Of a DNA stretch of 64,000 bases, positions 1-12,350 are shown in pieces. The notes under the pieces were generated by a model. The model worked only from the letters and a program-made list of their open reading frames with translations. It did not search any database and was not told where the DNA came from. The translations under genes were made by a program, and so were the position numbers. The first letter of the stretch is position 1, and each line of letters starts with the position of its first letter. The stretch comes from Lama guanicoe (taxonomy: Eukaryota), in the NCBI GenBank assembly GCA_013239625.1, contig MU053594.1, positions 398,355-462,354 on the forward strand, read 5' to 3'.

Positions 1-1022
1 GGGGGATTCTTTTACTTTTTATACACTACTTATGTGTTTGGATTTTTGTAGAATGTTTTCATGTCCTTTAATGAAATAGAAGTGGTTTCAGTTTTTAAAA
101 AGAGCCTTGGCAGTCTGTTTAATCACGTAAAATAATACTGCTTGATGTTAGATTTTAAAATTACTCTGTGTGTGTGTGATTTTTTTTTGAGATTAAGATA
201 TATGCTCCTTTGCTTATATTAGGCTTATTTTTTCATATGTATGGATCCATAGGGAAAAGAGGTTTTCTCCATTATTTTGAGAAAAAGGCAGGTGGGAAAA
301 ACAGGGACTGAGGGTTTCTTAAGTCAAAGCTACAGAAAGTTTATGTTCTTCCATTTTGGTGTGAAACAGAAACCCAAGTATAGTTAGAAGCTTAGTTTAT
401 GTTCCTCTTTGTGTGCAGGTTGGCAATGCTTAGCAGATAAATTAACATTTACTTTATTCGCAGTTTACAGCAATGATATAAAGGAGTTAACATTCACATT
501 TTATAGCTGAGGCATTACACTGGGTGTTTAACTAAGGCATGGTTGAGCTGGGATGGCCTGCCTTTCAGTCCTGCGCCGTGTACTCTTCCCCGGTGCCACC
601 TGGCTGGTGTTCCTGTGAGATGGATGTTCAGCTGACACTGATTTTTCTTCTGTATATTTTGTTCCTGGATCCATCTAATCTCACTCTAGTCGGTTGCATC
701 TTGGACACTCTGTAGTTGATTCCTTGGCTCTTCCAGTCCCAGCCTCCTTTTCCATGTTCCTTCTCATCCTTTCTTCATGAAAAGGCATTAGAACAAGGGG
801 TTAGAGAAGCAGGAGCCATAGACTCTTAAACCCAGGCAGATCTGGGTTCAAGTCCCTCTCTGTCATTTACTAGCTAAGTTCGGCTCAGCACCTTTCCAGA
901 GTACGCACTAACTGAATTCTGGCTGTACTTTCCCACATAACCGCTTGCCCTGCAGAGCACATTTAGGCCAAGGCATATTTTGGAAATTATCATATGAGCA
1001 TTTTTTTTTTATCTTCCTTCAG

Positions 1023-1243
1023 TACAAATGAGGAGAGCACTTCTCAGGATGCTGAAGGTACCTTTTCCTCTTCGGAAGATTCTTCACACAACTCTAAGAC
1101 AGCAAATAAGCCAGTCACATCTTCCCAGTCTTCCATGGAAATGCCTGCGTACCCGGCTCCTCGAACAGTGACCGACGAGGAGATAAACTTTGTTAAGACC
1201 TGCCTTCAGAGGTGGAGGAGCGAGATTGAACAAGATATACAAG
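1023..1243 (+). CDS. USP28: USP28 internal coding exon (insertion within USP catalytic domain; earlier exons lie outside the window)
   Basis: ttccttcAG acceptor and AAG|GTCGGC donor; translates TNEESTSQD...PAPRTVTDEEINFVKTCLQRWRSEIEQDIQ, recognised as USP28; phase fits next exon. Confidence 0.92.
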
Positions 1244-1592
1244 GTCGGCTCCTTCAGTTCTTGTAAACACTTACCCTTTGCCTTTTCTGTTTGTTTGAAT
1301 AATTGGAAGTTCGGCACCTGGGGTACACCTCCTCCCATTGCCATGCAAACTGCTGAATTTAGGCACGGGGCTTGTGACCTCTTCGGTACTTTCTGCTCCC
1401 TATAAGATTGAATCACACGTTTCCATTTTACAGTCGTGAAAAGCTCTCTCCTACATTCTCCTCTCAGAGTTCCTGGGACTCCTGGGGATCTGAGACATCA
1501 TGACACTTACTTACCTTTGAGAGTTTCCTGCATCTACTGATTTTCTTTTCCTAGTTTATCTGAACTCTGGCTTCAGTTGACCCAAATTTGTA

Positions 1593-4335
1593 TATATATT
1601 TTTTTATTGAAGTATACTCAGTTTACAATGTCATGTCAGCTCGTGGTGTACAGCCTAATGCTTCAGTCAATACATGAACATACATATATTTGTTTTTGTG
1701 TTTTTCCATTGTAAGTTACTGTAAGATATTGAATATAGTTCCCTGTGCTATACAGTGTGAACTTGTTGTTTGTCTATTTTATATATATTAGTATCTGCAA
1801 ACTCCCAGTTTATCCCTTCCCACCCCTTTCCCCACTGGTAACCATAAGTTTGTTTTCTGTGTCTGTGAGTCTGTTTCTGTTTTGTAAATAAGTTTGTTTG
1901 CCTTTTTTTTTTTTAGGTTCCACATATAAGTAATATCATGGTATTTTTCTTTCTCTTTCTGGCTTACTTCACTTAGAACAACAATCTCCAGGTCCATCCA
2001 TGTTGCTGCAAAATGACATTATTTTATTATGTTTTATGGCTGAGTAATATTCCATTGTATAAATATACCACAGCTTCTTTATCCAGTCAGCTGTTGATGG
2101 ACATTTAGGCTGTTTCCATGTCTTGGCTATTGTAAATAGTGCTACTATGAACATTGGGTTGCATGTATCTTTTTAAATTAAGGTTCCCTCTGGATATATG
2201 TCCAGGAGTGGGATTGCTGGAACTTGTGGTAAGTCTATTTTTAGTCTTTTGAGGAATCTCCATACTGTTTTCCATAGTGGCTGCACCAAACTGCACTCCC
2301 ATCAGCAGTGTAGGAGGGTTCCCTTTTCTCCACACCCTCTCCAGCATTTATCATTTGTGGACTTTTGAATGTTGGTCATTCTGAATGATGTGAGGTGATG
2401 CCCCATTGTAGTTTTGATTTGCATTTCTCTGCTAAGTAGCGATACTGAGCATTTTTTCATGTGCCTATTGGCCATTTGTATGTCTTTATTGGAGAATTGC
2501 TTATTTAGGTCTTCTGCCTATTTTGGGATTGGGTTGTTTGTTTTTTTCTTATTAAGTTGTATGAGCTGTTTATATATTCTGAAAATGAAGCCTTTGTCAG
2601 TCTCATCTTTTGCAAATATTTTCTCCTATTCCCTAGGTTTTCTTTTTGTTTTGCTTATGGTTTCCTTTGCTGTGCAAAAGCTTATAAGTTGAATTAGGTC
2701 CCATTTGTTTATTTTTGCTTTTATTTCTATAACCTGGGTGGACTGCCCTAGGAGAACATTGCTGAGATTTATGTCAGAGAATGTTTTGCCTATGTTTTCT
2801 TCTAAGAGGTTTATAGTGTCTTATTTCTTTAAGCCATTTTGAGTTTGCTTTTGTGTATGGTTTGAGGGAGAGTTCTAACTTCATTGAGTGATATGCATCT
2901 GTCCAGTTTTCCCAACACTATTTGCTGAAGAGACTGTCTTTATTGTATATTCTTGCCTCCTTTAGCAAAGATTAATTGACCAAACGTTTGTGGGTTTATT
3001 TCAGGACCCTCTGTTCTGTTCCATTGATCCATATGTTTTGCTTTTATACTAACACCATGCTGTTTTGAATACTATAGCTCTGTAGTATTGTCTGAAGTCT
3101 GGGAGAGTTATTCCTCCAGCTTCTTTCTTTTTCTTCAGTATTACTTTGGCAATTCTGAGTCTTTTGTAATTCCATATAAATTTTAGGATTATTTGTTCTA
3201 GTTCTGTGAAAAACGCCCTGGGTAATTTGATAGAGATCACATTAAATCTGTGATTGCTTTGGGTAGTATGGCCATTTTAATAATATTAATTCTTCCAATC
3301 CAAGAACATGGAATATCTTTCCATTTCTATAAATCATTTTTAATTTCCTTAATCAATGTTTTGTAGTTCTCCATGTATAAGTCTTTCACTTCCTTGGTCA
3401 GACTTATTCCTAAGTTTTTTTTGGTTTTTTTTTTTGGATTAATTTTAAAAGGGATTATTTCTTTACTTTCCTTTTCTGATACTTCATTGTTAGTGTAAAG
3501 AAATGCCACTGATTTCTTTATGTTAATCTGGTATCCTGCGACCTTGCTAAATTCTCTACCAGCTCTAGTAGTTTTTGTGGGAAACCTTTAGGTTTTCTAT
3601 ATACAGTATCATGTCGTCTGCATATAATGACAATTTTACCTCTTCTCTTCCAGTTTGGATCCCCCTTTTTTCCTTTTCTTGTCTAATTGCTGTGGCCGGG
3701 ATTTCCAGTACTGTGTTGAATAGACGTGGTGAGCGTGGGCGTCCTGGGTTCTGACAGGAAGGCTTTCAGCTTTTCACCCTTGAGTGTTATCCTGGCTGTA
3801 GGTGTGTCAATGAGTAGCTTTTATCATGTTGAGACATGTTCCCTCTGTACACACTTTGATTAGATTTTTATCATGAATGGATGTTGAATTTTATTAAATG
3901 CTTTTTCTGCATCTGTCGAGGTGATCATGTGATTTTTGTCCTTTCTCTTGTTGATGTGGTGTGTCACATTGATTTGTGTGTGTTGAGCCATCCTTGTGTC
4001 TCTGGGATGAACCCAACTTGATCATGGTGTATAATCTTTTTTATGTGTTGTTGTATTCTGTTTGCTAATATTTTGTTGAGGAGTTTTGCATCTGTGTTCA
4101 TCAGTGATATTGGCCTATAGTTTTCCTTTTTCGTGGTGTCTTTGTCTGACTTTGGTATCAGGGTGATGGTGGCTTCATAGAATGAGTTTGGGAATATTCC
4201 CTCTTGTTCAGTCTCTTGGAAGAGTTTGAAAAGGATCACTATGGGCTCTTCTTTGTATGTTTGATAGAATTCCCCAGTGAAGCCATCTGATCCTGGACTT
4301 TTGTTTGCAGGTTCTATTTCACTTGTAGTGATTGG
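1593..4335 (-). mobile_element. 5'-truncated LINE-1 (degenerate ORF2 RT to C-terminus plus 3' UTR)
   Basis: Minus-strand ORF pieces [62 protein letters not shown]; perfect 18-bp TSD agttgacccaaatttgta at 1575-1592 and 4336-4353. Confidence 0.96.
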
Positions 4336-4990
4336 AGTTGACCCAAATTTGTAATTTAGCTTTCCTTAATTTCCACTTTTAAAGTCTTTTCCACATGAAA
4401 TATGCTTTACTAAAGGCTAATGAGACAAAGACTGAGTGATACACACAGTGAAAAATCAAACTGTTCAATATTCTGTTCTTAAAACTCCTTTGGCCTTGCT
4501 GTCATGTTGCTCAGACTTTCCCTCCACCCCTTCCTTTCTCCTTTTATCTAGAGATAAATGGATGGATGAATGAATGAATAGATAAACAAACAAACAAACA
4601 AATAAATAAAATCTAGATTATTCCCAAATTCTTATTCACAGAAATCTAGCCTTGCCTTTTGCTCTGCCTTCTTTCATGTCCTGTCTCCAGGATGTATATT
4701 TGACACCCAAGTGACCCATTAAGGTCTTTTTTCTAGAGATTATTTCCTCTTTAAGAAATTTCGATGCCAGTTGTAAGAGATCATTTGTTAAAATCTTAAT
4801 GTAGTTACATGAAACTAAAAGTCTTTATAACCTAAAGTGCTAGCTCCTGTAAAACTACATACTCCTTTTGTGTTTCGTAGAATGAAGTTGAAATCGTCAG
4901 AACCCCGTGTACAGAGAAGAATGTGCAGAGTTAAAGCAGCCTGTGTGGTGTGGAATGAAATCGTTGTAACTAAGTGTTCTTTTTTCACAG

Positions 4991-5061
4991 ATTTAAAGAA
5001 CTGTATTGCAAGCACAACGCAGACTATTGAGCAGATGTACTGTGATCCTCTCCTTCGTCAG
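4991..5061 (+). CDS. USP28: USP28 coding exon
   Basis: tttttcacAG / CAG|GTAGAG; (D)LKNCIASTTQTIEQMYCDPLLRQ; 71 nt, phase-consistent. Confidence 0.95.
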
Positions 5062-6798
5062 GTAGAGTGAAAACTGACGGGAAGGTAGTCAAGACGTGTG
5101 TGATGGTGCTAGTGGGAGACACCAAAAGAAAATTTGATAGTTTTCTTTGAAATAGAATGGGAACTTCCCTGAGGTATAAAAATGAATTTAGGAAAGAAAT
5201 TGGTATTATTCTGTATTTTAGGCAAAAAAAAAAAAAGCACTGTATTTTCTACTGCCAACAGAACCTGAAACTTACTGAATGCTGCCACATGGTATTTTGG
5301 GCATATATTAGAAAGATTTATTGTTAAATATTTTTTAAATCTCATAAAATAGTAATATAAGTAGTGCAGTGGGGGAAGCTGACGAGGGACTGGTTACCCA
5401 TCCTTTCCAAAGAACCACGTTCTTCGTGATCCTTCAGTTAGCAGCATGCTTTCAAGCTTTGTTAATAACTCCAGGGAGGGCAGGGCAGAAATTCTCATTA
5501 TCCACAGAAATTTTTGTATAGATTAACATTCTGGACATAGAGAATAAAGAGGCTCCAGTTAGGGGCCTGACCTCCAGTGGCTCCCGTGTGAATGGCTGTG
5601 GGAGGAGCGGTCTGTTTCTAGGTCACGTGGAGGCACGGTTGTGTCGCATAGAGGAATGCACTATGTAAATCTTAGGTTTTCCCCATTTTCTCTTTTGTAT
5701 TATTTTAAAAATTTCACCACCAGTAAGAAAGCATGTCAAGTTACTGGTTAAATGAAAGTTTAATTTGATTCGAGGGCTGACTTTCCTTTCTTTCACCAAT
5801 AATTACTTGGCACTTAAACATTGCTCTATTTTCTCCACATTGGGAAAAATAAAATGCTTTCCAAATGTTGCAACAAACAAGTATGTAGTTAAATGGATTT
5901 TCACCCCAATAAGTGGATGATTACTTGCAAGAAGAAATACACCATGTGACTGATTGATAATGAAATACACTAACTTAGATTTTGGTGCCAAATAAAGTAG
6001 GCATAGGACAAGATACCCGTTATGCTTGCTGTAGGTCCCAAGTGTGCTAAGTATGTTCACAGCATGAGTGGTCATGGTGATTCTATTTTTAAATAAACTG
6101 AGTTTGAAATTCGAGGGATAAATAGGTCTTGGTTATCTTTCATTTTAGGTCTGTAGTCATGGAGTTTAGAGTTGAAAGAGGCCTCAAAGAGATCATCTAG
6201 TTCAGCTGTCTGGTTTTAAAGATTCAGGAACTGAGATATAATTGGGAGATTCCAAGGCTATGGATTTTTTTTTTACTTGAAAAGTATGCCTTTTAATTTC
6301 ATGCTGAGGAAATTCAGTGTAATGCGATTATAATAAGATGGTAGCAAAACAGTTCATTTTCAGTTGTGTAATTAGCAAGTAAAAAACTAGTTGGAAGCTG
6401 ATCTTCTGAAAGTCCTTTGAATATAATTTTGACTTGGAGAATATGACTTGATGGCTATATGGACTTAATCTTTGGACCTAACCCCAAAGTGTGAGTAAAG
6501 AATAGTATGTTAACCAGTAGTTTCAAGTACAAGCTTACTGGCTATCTTGATAAAATGAGTATTAACATGTATAGGAATGTCAACATCGTGCTTTATCAAT
6601 TCAGAAATACAATGGCAAGGCTGTGTTTTTCTTAGTCTCTCTCGAATCAGTTAGATGTTTTGGTGTGAACTCTGTATCAGACACATATATAGATAGTCAG
6701 CTTTCTAATGTCTGATAATTGGGAATTATTTTGAATCTTGAAACTTTAATCGGATGGCTTTGCTTCACCCGTCTCAGGAGGTGCTCTCTGACTTGCAG

Positions 6799-7027
6799 GT
6801 GCCTTACCGCCTGCACGCGGTTCTCGTGCACGAAGGGCAGGCAAATGCAGGACACTACTGGGCCTACGTCTATAATCAGCCCCGACAAGTCTGGCTCAAG
6901 TACAATGACATCTCTGTCACCGAGTCTTCCTGGGAAGAGCTTGAAAGAGATTCCTACGGAGGCCTGAGGAATGTTAGCGCTTACTGTCTGATGTACATTA
7001 ATGACAAGCTACCCCACTTCAATGCAG
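6799..7027 (+). CDS. USP28: USP28 coding exon with the USP His-box (catalytic His and Asn)
   Basis: [40 protein letters not shown]...YCLMY; AG/GT flanks; 229 nt. Confidence 0.97.
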
Positions 7028-7480
7028 GTAAAAATTCCTTAGCAGAAGCCAGGGATGGGGAAAATCTGTACTGCTTGGGGAAAGGAACTGTCTTGTAGTT
7101 TAAAAAAAAAATTTAATTAGAGTTTGTTAGCAAGTATAATGTATTTTGAAGAAGACAAATAGTACAAAAGAAAATAAAAACGAAAAATAAGTTTGTCTTG
7201 AGCCCAACAAGTATCCATTCTTAGGTTTCTTATATAGTTTTCAAGAAATGTTCTATGCAGATGCTAGATTTTATTTATTGATATCTCTCTCCCACCGCGT
7301 TTTCTCCCTCAAGGGGGATGTTTTTCCGTTCTATTCTGCATCTCTCTCATTAGTTTTTTATCTTAGCAATCTCTATATTTTTAAAAATAGAACCACTCTT
7401 TTCTTTTTAACAACCATATAATAATTCCACTGTATGAAATATGTATATGATTTATTAAACCAGCCTCCCATTGATAGACT

Positions 7481-8048
7481 TTTTTTTTTAACTGAGTTAT
7501 AGTCAGTTTACAATGTTGTGTCAATTTCTGGTGTACAGCACAGTGCTTCAGTCATGCATGAATATACATACTCATTTTAATATTCTTTGTCACCTTAAGC
7601 TACTACAAAATATTGAATATGTTTCCCTGTGCTACACAGTGTAAACTCACCTATTTTATATATAACAGTCCGTATCTGCAAATTTTGAACTCCCAGTTTA
7701 TCCCTTCCCACTCCCCTCCCCCCGGCAACCACGAATCTGTAGTCTATGTCTGTGAGTCTGTTTCTGTTTTATATATAAGTTCATTTGCCTTTTTTTTTTA
7801 GATTCCAGTTATAAGTGATATCATATGGTATTTTTCTTTCTCTTTCTGGCTTACTTCAATCTCTGGTCCATCCATGTTGCTGCAAATGGCACTGTTTTAT
7901 TCTTTTTTATGGCTGAGTAGTATTCCATTGTATAAGTATACCACAACTTCTTTATCCAGTCATCTGTCTGGACATTTAGGTTGTTTCCATGTCCTGGCTA
8001 TTGTATATAGTGCTACTGTGGACATTGGGGTGCAGGTGTCTTTTTGAA
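7481..8048 (-). mobile_element. LINE-1 3' fragment
   Basis: Similar to the 3' end of the 1593-4335 element; poly-T at left; TSD ccattg(a/g)tagact at 7468-7480 and 8049-8061. Confidence 0.9.
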
Positions 8049-9438
8049 CCATTGGTAGACTTTTAAATTGCCTCTAGTTTTTTTCTTCTTTAGTGATGTT
8101 CTTGTGCACATATTTTTGCACCCTTTGGGGAAAAGCTAAATTTAATAAGTGGATTTGCCTGAACAACTTAATACTTCTCTTACACTGAAGCTAATGCTAG
8201 GAGCAATCATTCATTTTGGTACTTTACTCCTTCCTGCATGCTTTCAAACTTTTTTTCTCTAATAACTTGTAATTCTAAAAGGGAGGCAGGCAGGGCAGGA
8301 ATTCTTGTTACTCGCATTTTCCAGCTGAAGTTCTGCACTTGTCCAGAGTCGTACAGCTGGTAAATAAATGGCAGGCCCAAGATGCAAGTCCAGTTCTGAT
8401 TCCATATTCAGTGCTGTTTTCCATTTATCTTAGTCTTCACTTTCTTCCTTTCACATCTAAGGTCATAGAAGCGTCTTCCTTTAGCGTTCAAACTTTGCTG
8501 TGTCACATAAGTAAGAAAACACGTGAGCATATTGTCTGGGTAGCAAATTGTCTTTGTAATGTGCTGGTGTGGTTTGGGGGAGTGGGGAATGGAGAGAGTG
8601 CTCACTTAAGGACAGCCTGTCTTCCTAGTTGCATATTTGCAGTGTGAAAGCAGGAACAGCTGTTTGTGGGAGTTACTGTACAAATGACTGTGCTGGCTGT
8701 TGGTAGCATGTAGAAGCCTTGTTACTACATGTATGGCTCATTTTTATATTACAGAAACAGACAAAAAGTGGAAACTGTCATTTGCTTAGTGAAAAGACTG
8801 GTTAATAGCAACCAGTAAGTGGATATTCTGTTGTGCTGTAGGTTTTTTTGTTTTGCTTTGGTCACCGGATTAGAAATGAGACTTAGTATGTCCTTGATAT
8901 TCTAGCCATTTTTCCTCATAGCTTTTAATGAACCAGGTGTCATTGACCATCCAACCTTTGTATCAAATTGCTCTCTGACAGCACTTGATTGTGTGAAACT
9001 CAAAGCAGTGTAAATGTCTTGGAATTCATCTCTAACTCTCTTGAGACGGATATTCGTATCAATAATAGGGACAGTGGTTACACTGATAACACTACCTTGA
9101 AATTTACATTGGATCTAATGATTTTCTGAATTTCCAAGAAAGTTTTGCTTTGTTCTTGCTACTTTGTCACTGATTGGCTTCTATGCCAAATTCTTACTCG
9201 CCATCATTCATTCATTCATCCAACAGGTACTCAATGTGCCTGCCTACTCATATGCCAGGTGCTGTTACTGGAGTGCTGTCACCATTGGCCTGATATTGTC
9301 AGTACCTCTCTGATGGATGGATGTATTTTCTTATTACAAAATGTCGTATTTTCTTTCTTTCTAGAAAGGACCTTTTGATTCCCTGAGACCGTTTGCTCAG
9401 TGGGACTCCGTTTTAACGCCGTCTTTGTTCTTCCTCAG

Positions 9439-9633
9439 AGGCAGCCCCAAATGACCTAGGTCAGATGTTAGGAGAAGTGGAGGCCCTCTCTGTTGAACTG
9501 AAGCACTACATTCAGGAAGATAACTGGAGGTTTGAGCAGGAAGTCGAGGAGTGGGAAGAGGAGCAGTCTTGCAAAATCCCTCAAATGGAGTCTTCCACCA
9601 GCTCAGCATCACAGGACTTCTCTCCATCACAAG
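9439..9633 (+). CDS. USP28: USP28 coding exon
   Basis: ttcctcAG / AAG|GTATCT; (E)AAPNDLGQMLGEVEALSVELKHYIQEDNWRFEQEVEEWEEEQSCKIPQMESS...; 195 nt. Confidence 0.95.
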
Positions 9634-10226
9634 GTATCTGAGCAGGGCGTCTCTGCCAGTGATCTGGTGGAATTCACGCTGCACTCCCTTGGCCAGCCCC
9701 TCGCACTGCCTCTGAGTGAGCCAGGCCACAGTTTGCACAATAGACTCCAAATACAGTTGGTTTTCCTCAACCTGATGGAAGATCTTGTGGCTTCAGAATG
9801 TCATTGCTGCTGAGCAGAAGTAACCACAGAAAGGCTAGCTGCCTGTGCTTTCGCTCTGTTTAGTTCTTGTTTATTCCTCATGTTGCAGGAGAAAGTAGGT
9901 AGGATTAACAGGTAGATTTTTATGAAAATTGTTCTCCAAAGGTGACCTACCCTACGAGATGGTTTATGTAGGAAGCCTTCTTGGCGTAAAGAAATATTAC
10001 AGCATTGGAAGCACATTAAATTTTACAGAAAAGCCAGTGGCTTCTTGCTGAATTAGCCATTTCTTTAAGTCACCAGTTTCTAGAGGAAAATTTGCAGATT
10101 TTTTTTTTAAAGGTTTGTTGAAGGTTTGCGTATTAAACTTGGTATCCATCCATCCTTGTGTCTCTTACAGTGTTCTGGTGGTTATTTCTCATCAGACGCT
10201 AATTCTTCTGTGCGGTTCTTTCCCAG

Positions 10227-10366
10227 AGCCTTCGGTGGCCTCGTCCCACGGGGCGCGCTGCTTGTCGTCGGAGCACGCCGTGATAGCGAAGGAGCAGACG
10301 GCCCAGGCCATAGCGAACACGGCGCGCGCCTTTGAGAAGAGCGGCGTGGAGGCCGCGTTGAGTGAG
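10227..10366 (+). CDS. USP28: USP28 coding exon
   Basis: ctttcccAG / GAG|GTGGGC; (E)PSVASSHGARCLSSEHAVIAKEQTAQAIANTARAFEKSGVEAALSE; 140 nt. Confidence 0.95.
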
Positions 10367-10532
10367 GTGGGCGTGGCCTGGAAGCCCCGCCCCAGGAGGG
10401 GCGGGCTCTCGGCAGTCACTGCCGCAGTTTTCTCACGTTTCTGTTATTCTGTGTGTCTGCTGCGTTTAACCGATCCCTCTTTCTTTCTCCTTTTTTTTTT
10501 TCTTACTCTTTCTCTCCGCTGTGTTGCCGCAG

Positions 10533-10717
10533 CTTAAGGAGGCTGAACCCAAGACGCCCATCCCCCGGAAACACACCTTGCAGAGCAGTCAGAGCAGCCC
10601 CCACAGGCTGATGACGCAGAGTCTGCTGCCCAGCCTGATTCTGAGGTCTCTGAAGTCGAGATTCCCAGTGTGGGAAGGATTCTGGTTAGATCTGATGCAG
10701 ATGGATATGATGAGGAG
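10533..10717 (+). CDS. USP28: USP28 alternative cassette exon (tissue-restricted in human, as recalled), frameshifted by 1 nt in this sequence
   Basis: Long pyrimidine tract plus cgcAG acceptor, GAG|GTACAG donor; LKEAEPKTPIP in the entry frame, ETHLAEQSEQPPQADDAESAAQPDSEVSEVEIPSVGRILVRSDADGYDEE in the shifted frame; 185 nt between phase-0 junctions. Confidence 0.75.
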
Positions 10718-10955
10718 GTACAGAGATGAGTACAGGACCTAGCTGTTTGTTGTCAGTCTTACATTTCCTGCTCACGTGAACCGAATATATGTTTGTAAGG
10801 TGTGTGGCAATAGTTAATATTTTCTCGGCGAGACAAATGATGGATAGGAGGGCCTGTCTTAGTTACCATTGAACACGGCTGCCTCCCCAGACCTCCCCTT
10901 ACAAGGGCCACTGCAGATGGCTCAGAAGGGTAGAATTTAGTTTCTTGTTTGGTTT

Positions 10956-11101
10956 GTTTGTTTCTGTTTTTTGTTCTTGGGACAGGGAGCTAATTAGGTT
11001 TTTTTAACTTATTTATTTTTTAGAGGAGGTACGTGGGGATTGAACCCAGTACCTTGTACATGCTAAGCATGCGCTCTACCACTTGAGCTATATCCTCCCC
11101 C
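10956..11101 (-). mobile_element. tRNA-Ala-derived SINE (camelid Vic-1-like)
   Basis: Reverse complement GGGGAGGATATAGCTCAAGTGGTAGAGCGCATGCTTAGCATG...GGTTCAATCCCC with A and B boxes; TSD ttagtt(t/c)cttgtttggttt at 10937-10955 and 11102-11120. Confidence 0.9.
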
Positions 11102-11872
11102 TTAGTTCCTTGTTTGGTTTCATGACCAAAAAGATTGCCTTTTAAGTTAGGCGTGTTTGTCTTTGGTCCGTGGTGTTTCCTCCAAATATAAAATTTTCCA
11201 TCATCTAATGAGCAAAACAAATGTGAATTGAAGTTGTTACTTTTAATTCTGAGCTTTAGGAAGAAGCTGTAGAACCCAAGTCACTCACTGTCTACCTCCT
11301 TTACAGTTGTCACCCCGCACTAACAGTCATGAATCCTGTCCCTCAGATTTCTGGTTTTTTTCCTGTGGGATACATACATATATATATATTTTAGTCGTTA
11401 TAAGGTTTCATTTTATGGAGTCCTGTTTGTGTATTCCGTATTTCCAGACTGTTTTAAATGTGCTATTCATCCTAGTAAAACTCCTAACATAGTGGTGTAT
11501 TTCGGATATACACCCAAGCTACGGAAATAAATTGGAATTCTTACCTCATACACGTCCCGAAAGTTATAATTTAACTTGATTCTTCAGCAGTGACATATTG
11601 TAGGTGTTTTTAGACATACATCTTTATTCATCCGCTAAACTAGAGACAGTATGTAGGCGTAGCTTGTCGTGGGCAGGGTCTTGCCGTTGTGCAGAGGGAT
11701 GGGGGCTGTGAACATGCAGGGGCAGGTGTGTGAGACCTGACTTGCAGTGGACGCTGGCCGAGGCGCTCGCTGCTCTGCCTCCCTGCGGCCGTCTGTTCGC
11801 CCTTCTTTCCCACAGTCTTCTTCTGAACCTTTCCCCTCTCCTTTCTCTCTGTGTTTGTGCCTCTTGTGGTAG

Positions 11873-11968
11873 GTGATGCTGAGCCCCGCCATGCAAGGGG
11901 TCATCCTGGCCATAGCTAAAGCCCGTCAGACCTTTGACCGGGATGGGTCTGAAGCAGGGCTTATTAAG
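11873..11968 (+). CDS. USP28: USP28 96-nt (32 aa) frame-neutral cassette exon
   Basis: gtggtAG / AAG|GTATCT; VMLSPAMQGVILAIAKARQTFDRDGSEAGLIK; phase 0-0. Confidence 0.92.
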
Positions 11969-12350
11969 GTATCTCTGTTTTTTTCCTTCTAATCCTTATA
12001 CCACACATATCATAATACTGGGGCACTAATTTTATCAGATGGTAAAAAAAGTGGGATTAAAAGGGTTTTTTACTGAAATAAAACAAAACTCCCTTACCTG
12101 CCTGACTAACGACCAAGCCATCCCACAGCAGTGTTCGCCCCTCCTGTCTTGGCACTAGTTCTGTGTCACACCTCGACTGGAGGGCTGGCTGTTGCTCTTA
12201 GGAGATGTCTGTAAATAAAGCTGTGAATGAGACATTGCCTTGGTAATTTGGGGGTCATCCTATAAGAACATAGACCGTGCTTTTTAAGCTACTTGGATAA
12301 GTTGCATTTATGTGGATTTTTAAAATTCACATCCTTGGTCCTCAAGGATG

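Noticed and set aside
11493..11513. Hairpin ggtgtat-ttcggat-atacacc
   Set aside because: A 7-bp stem is expected by chance in 64 kb
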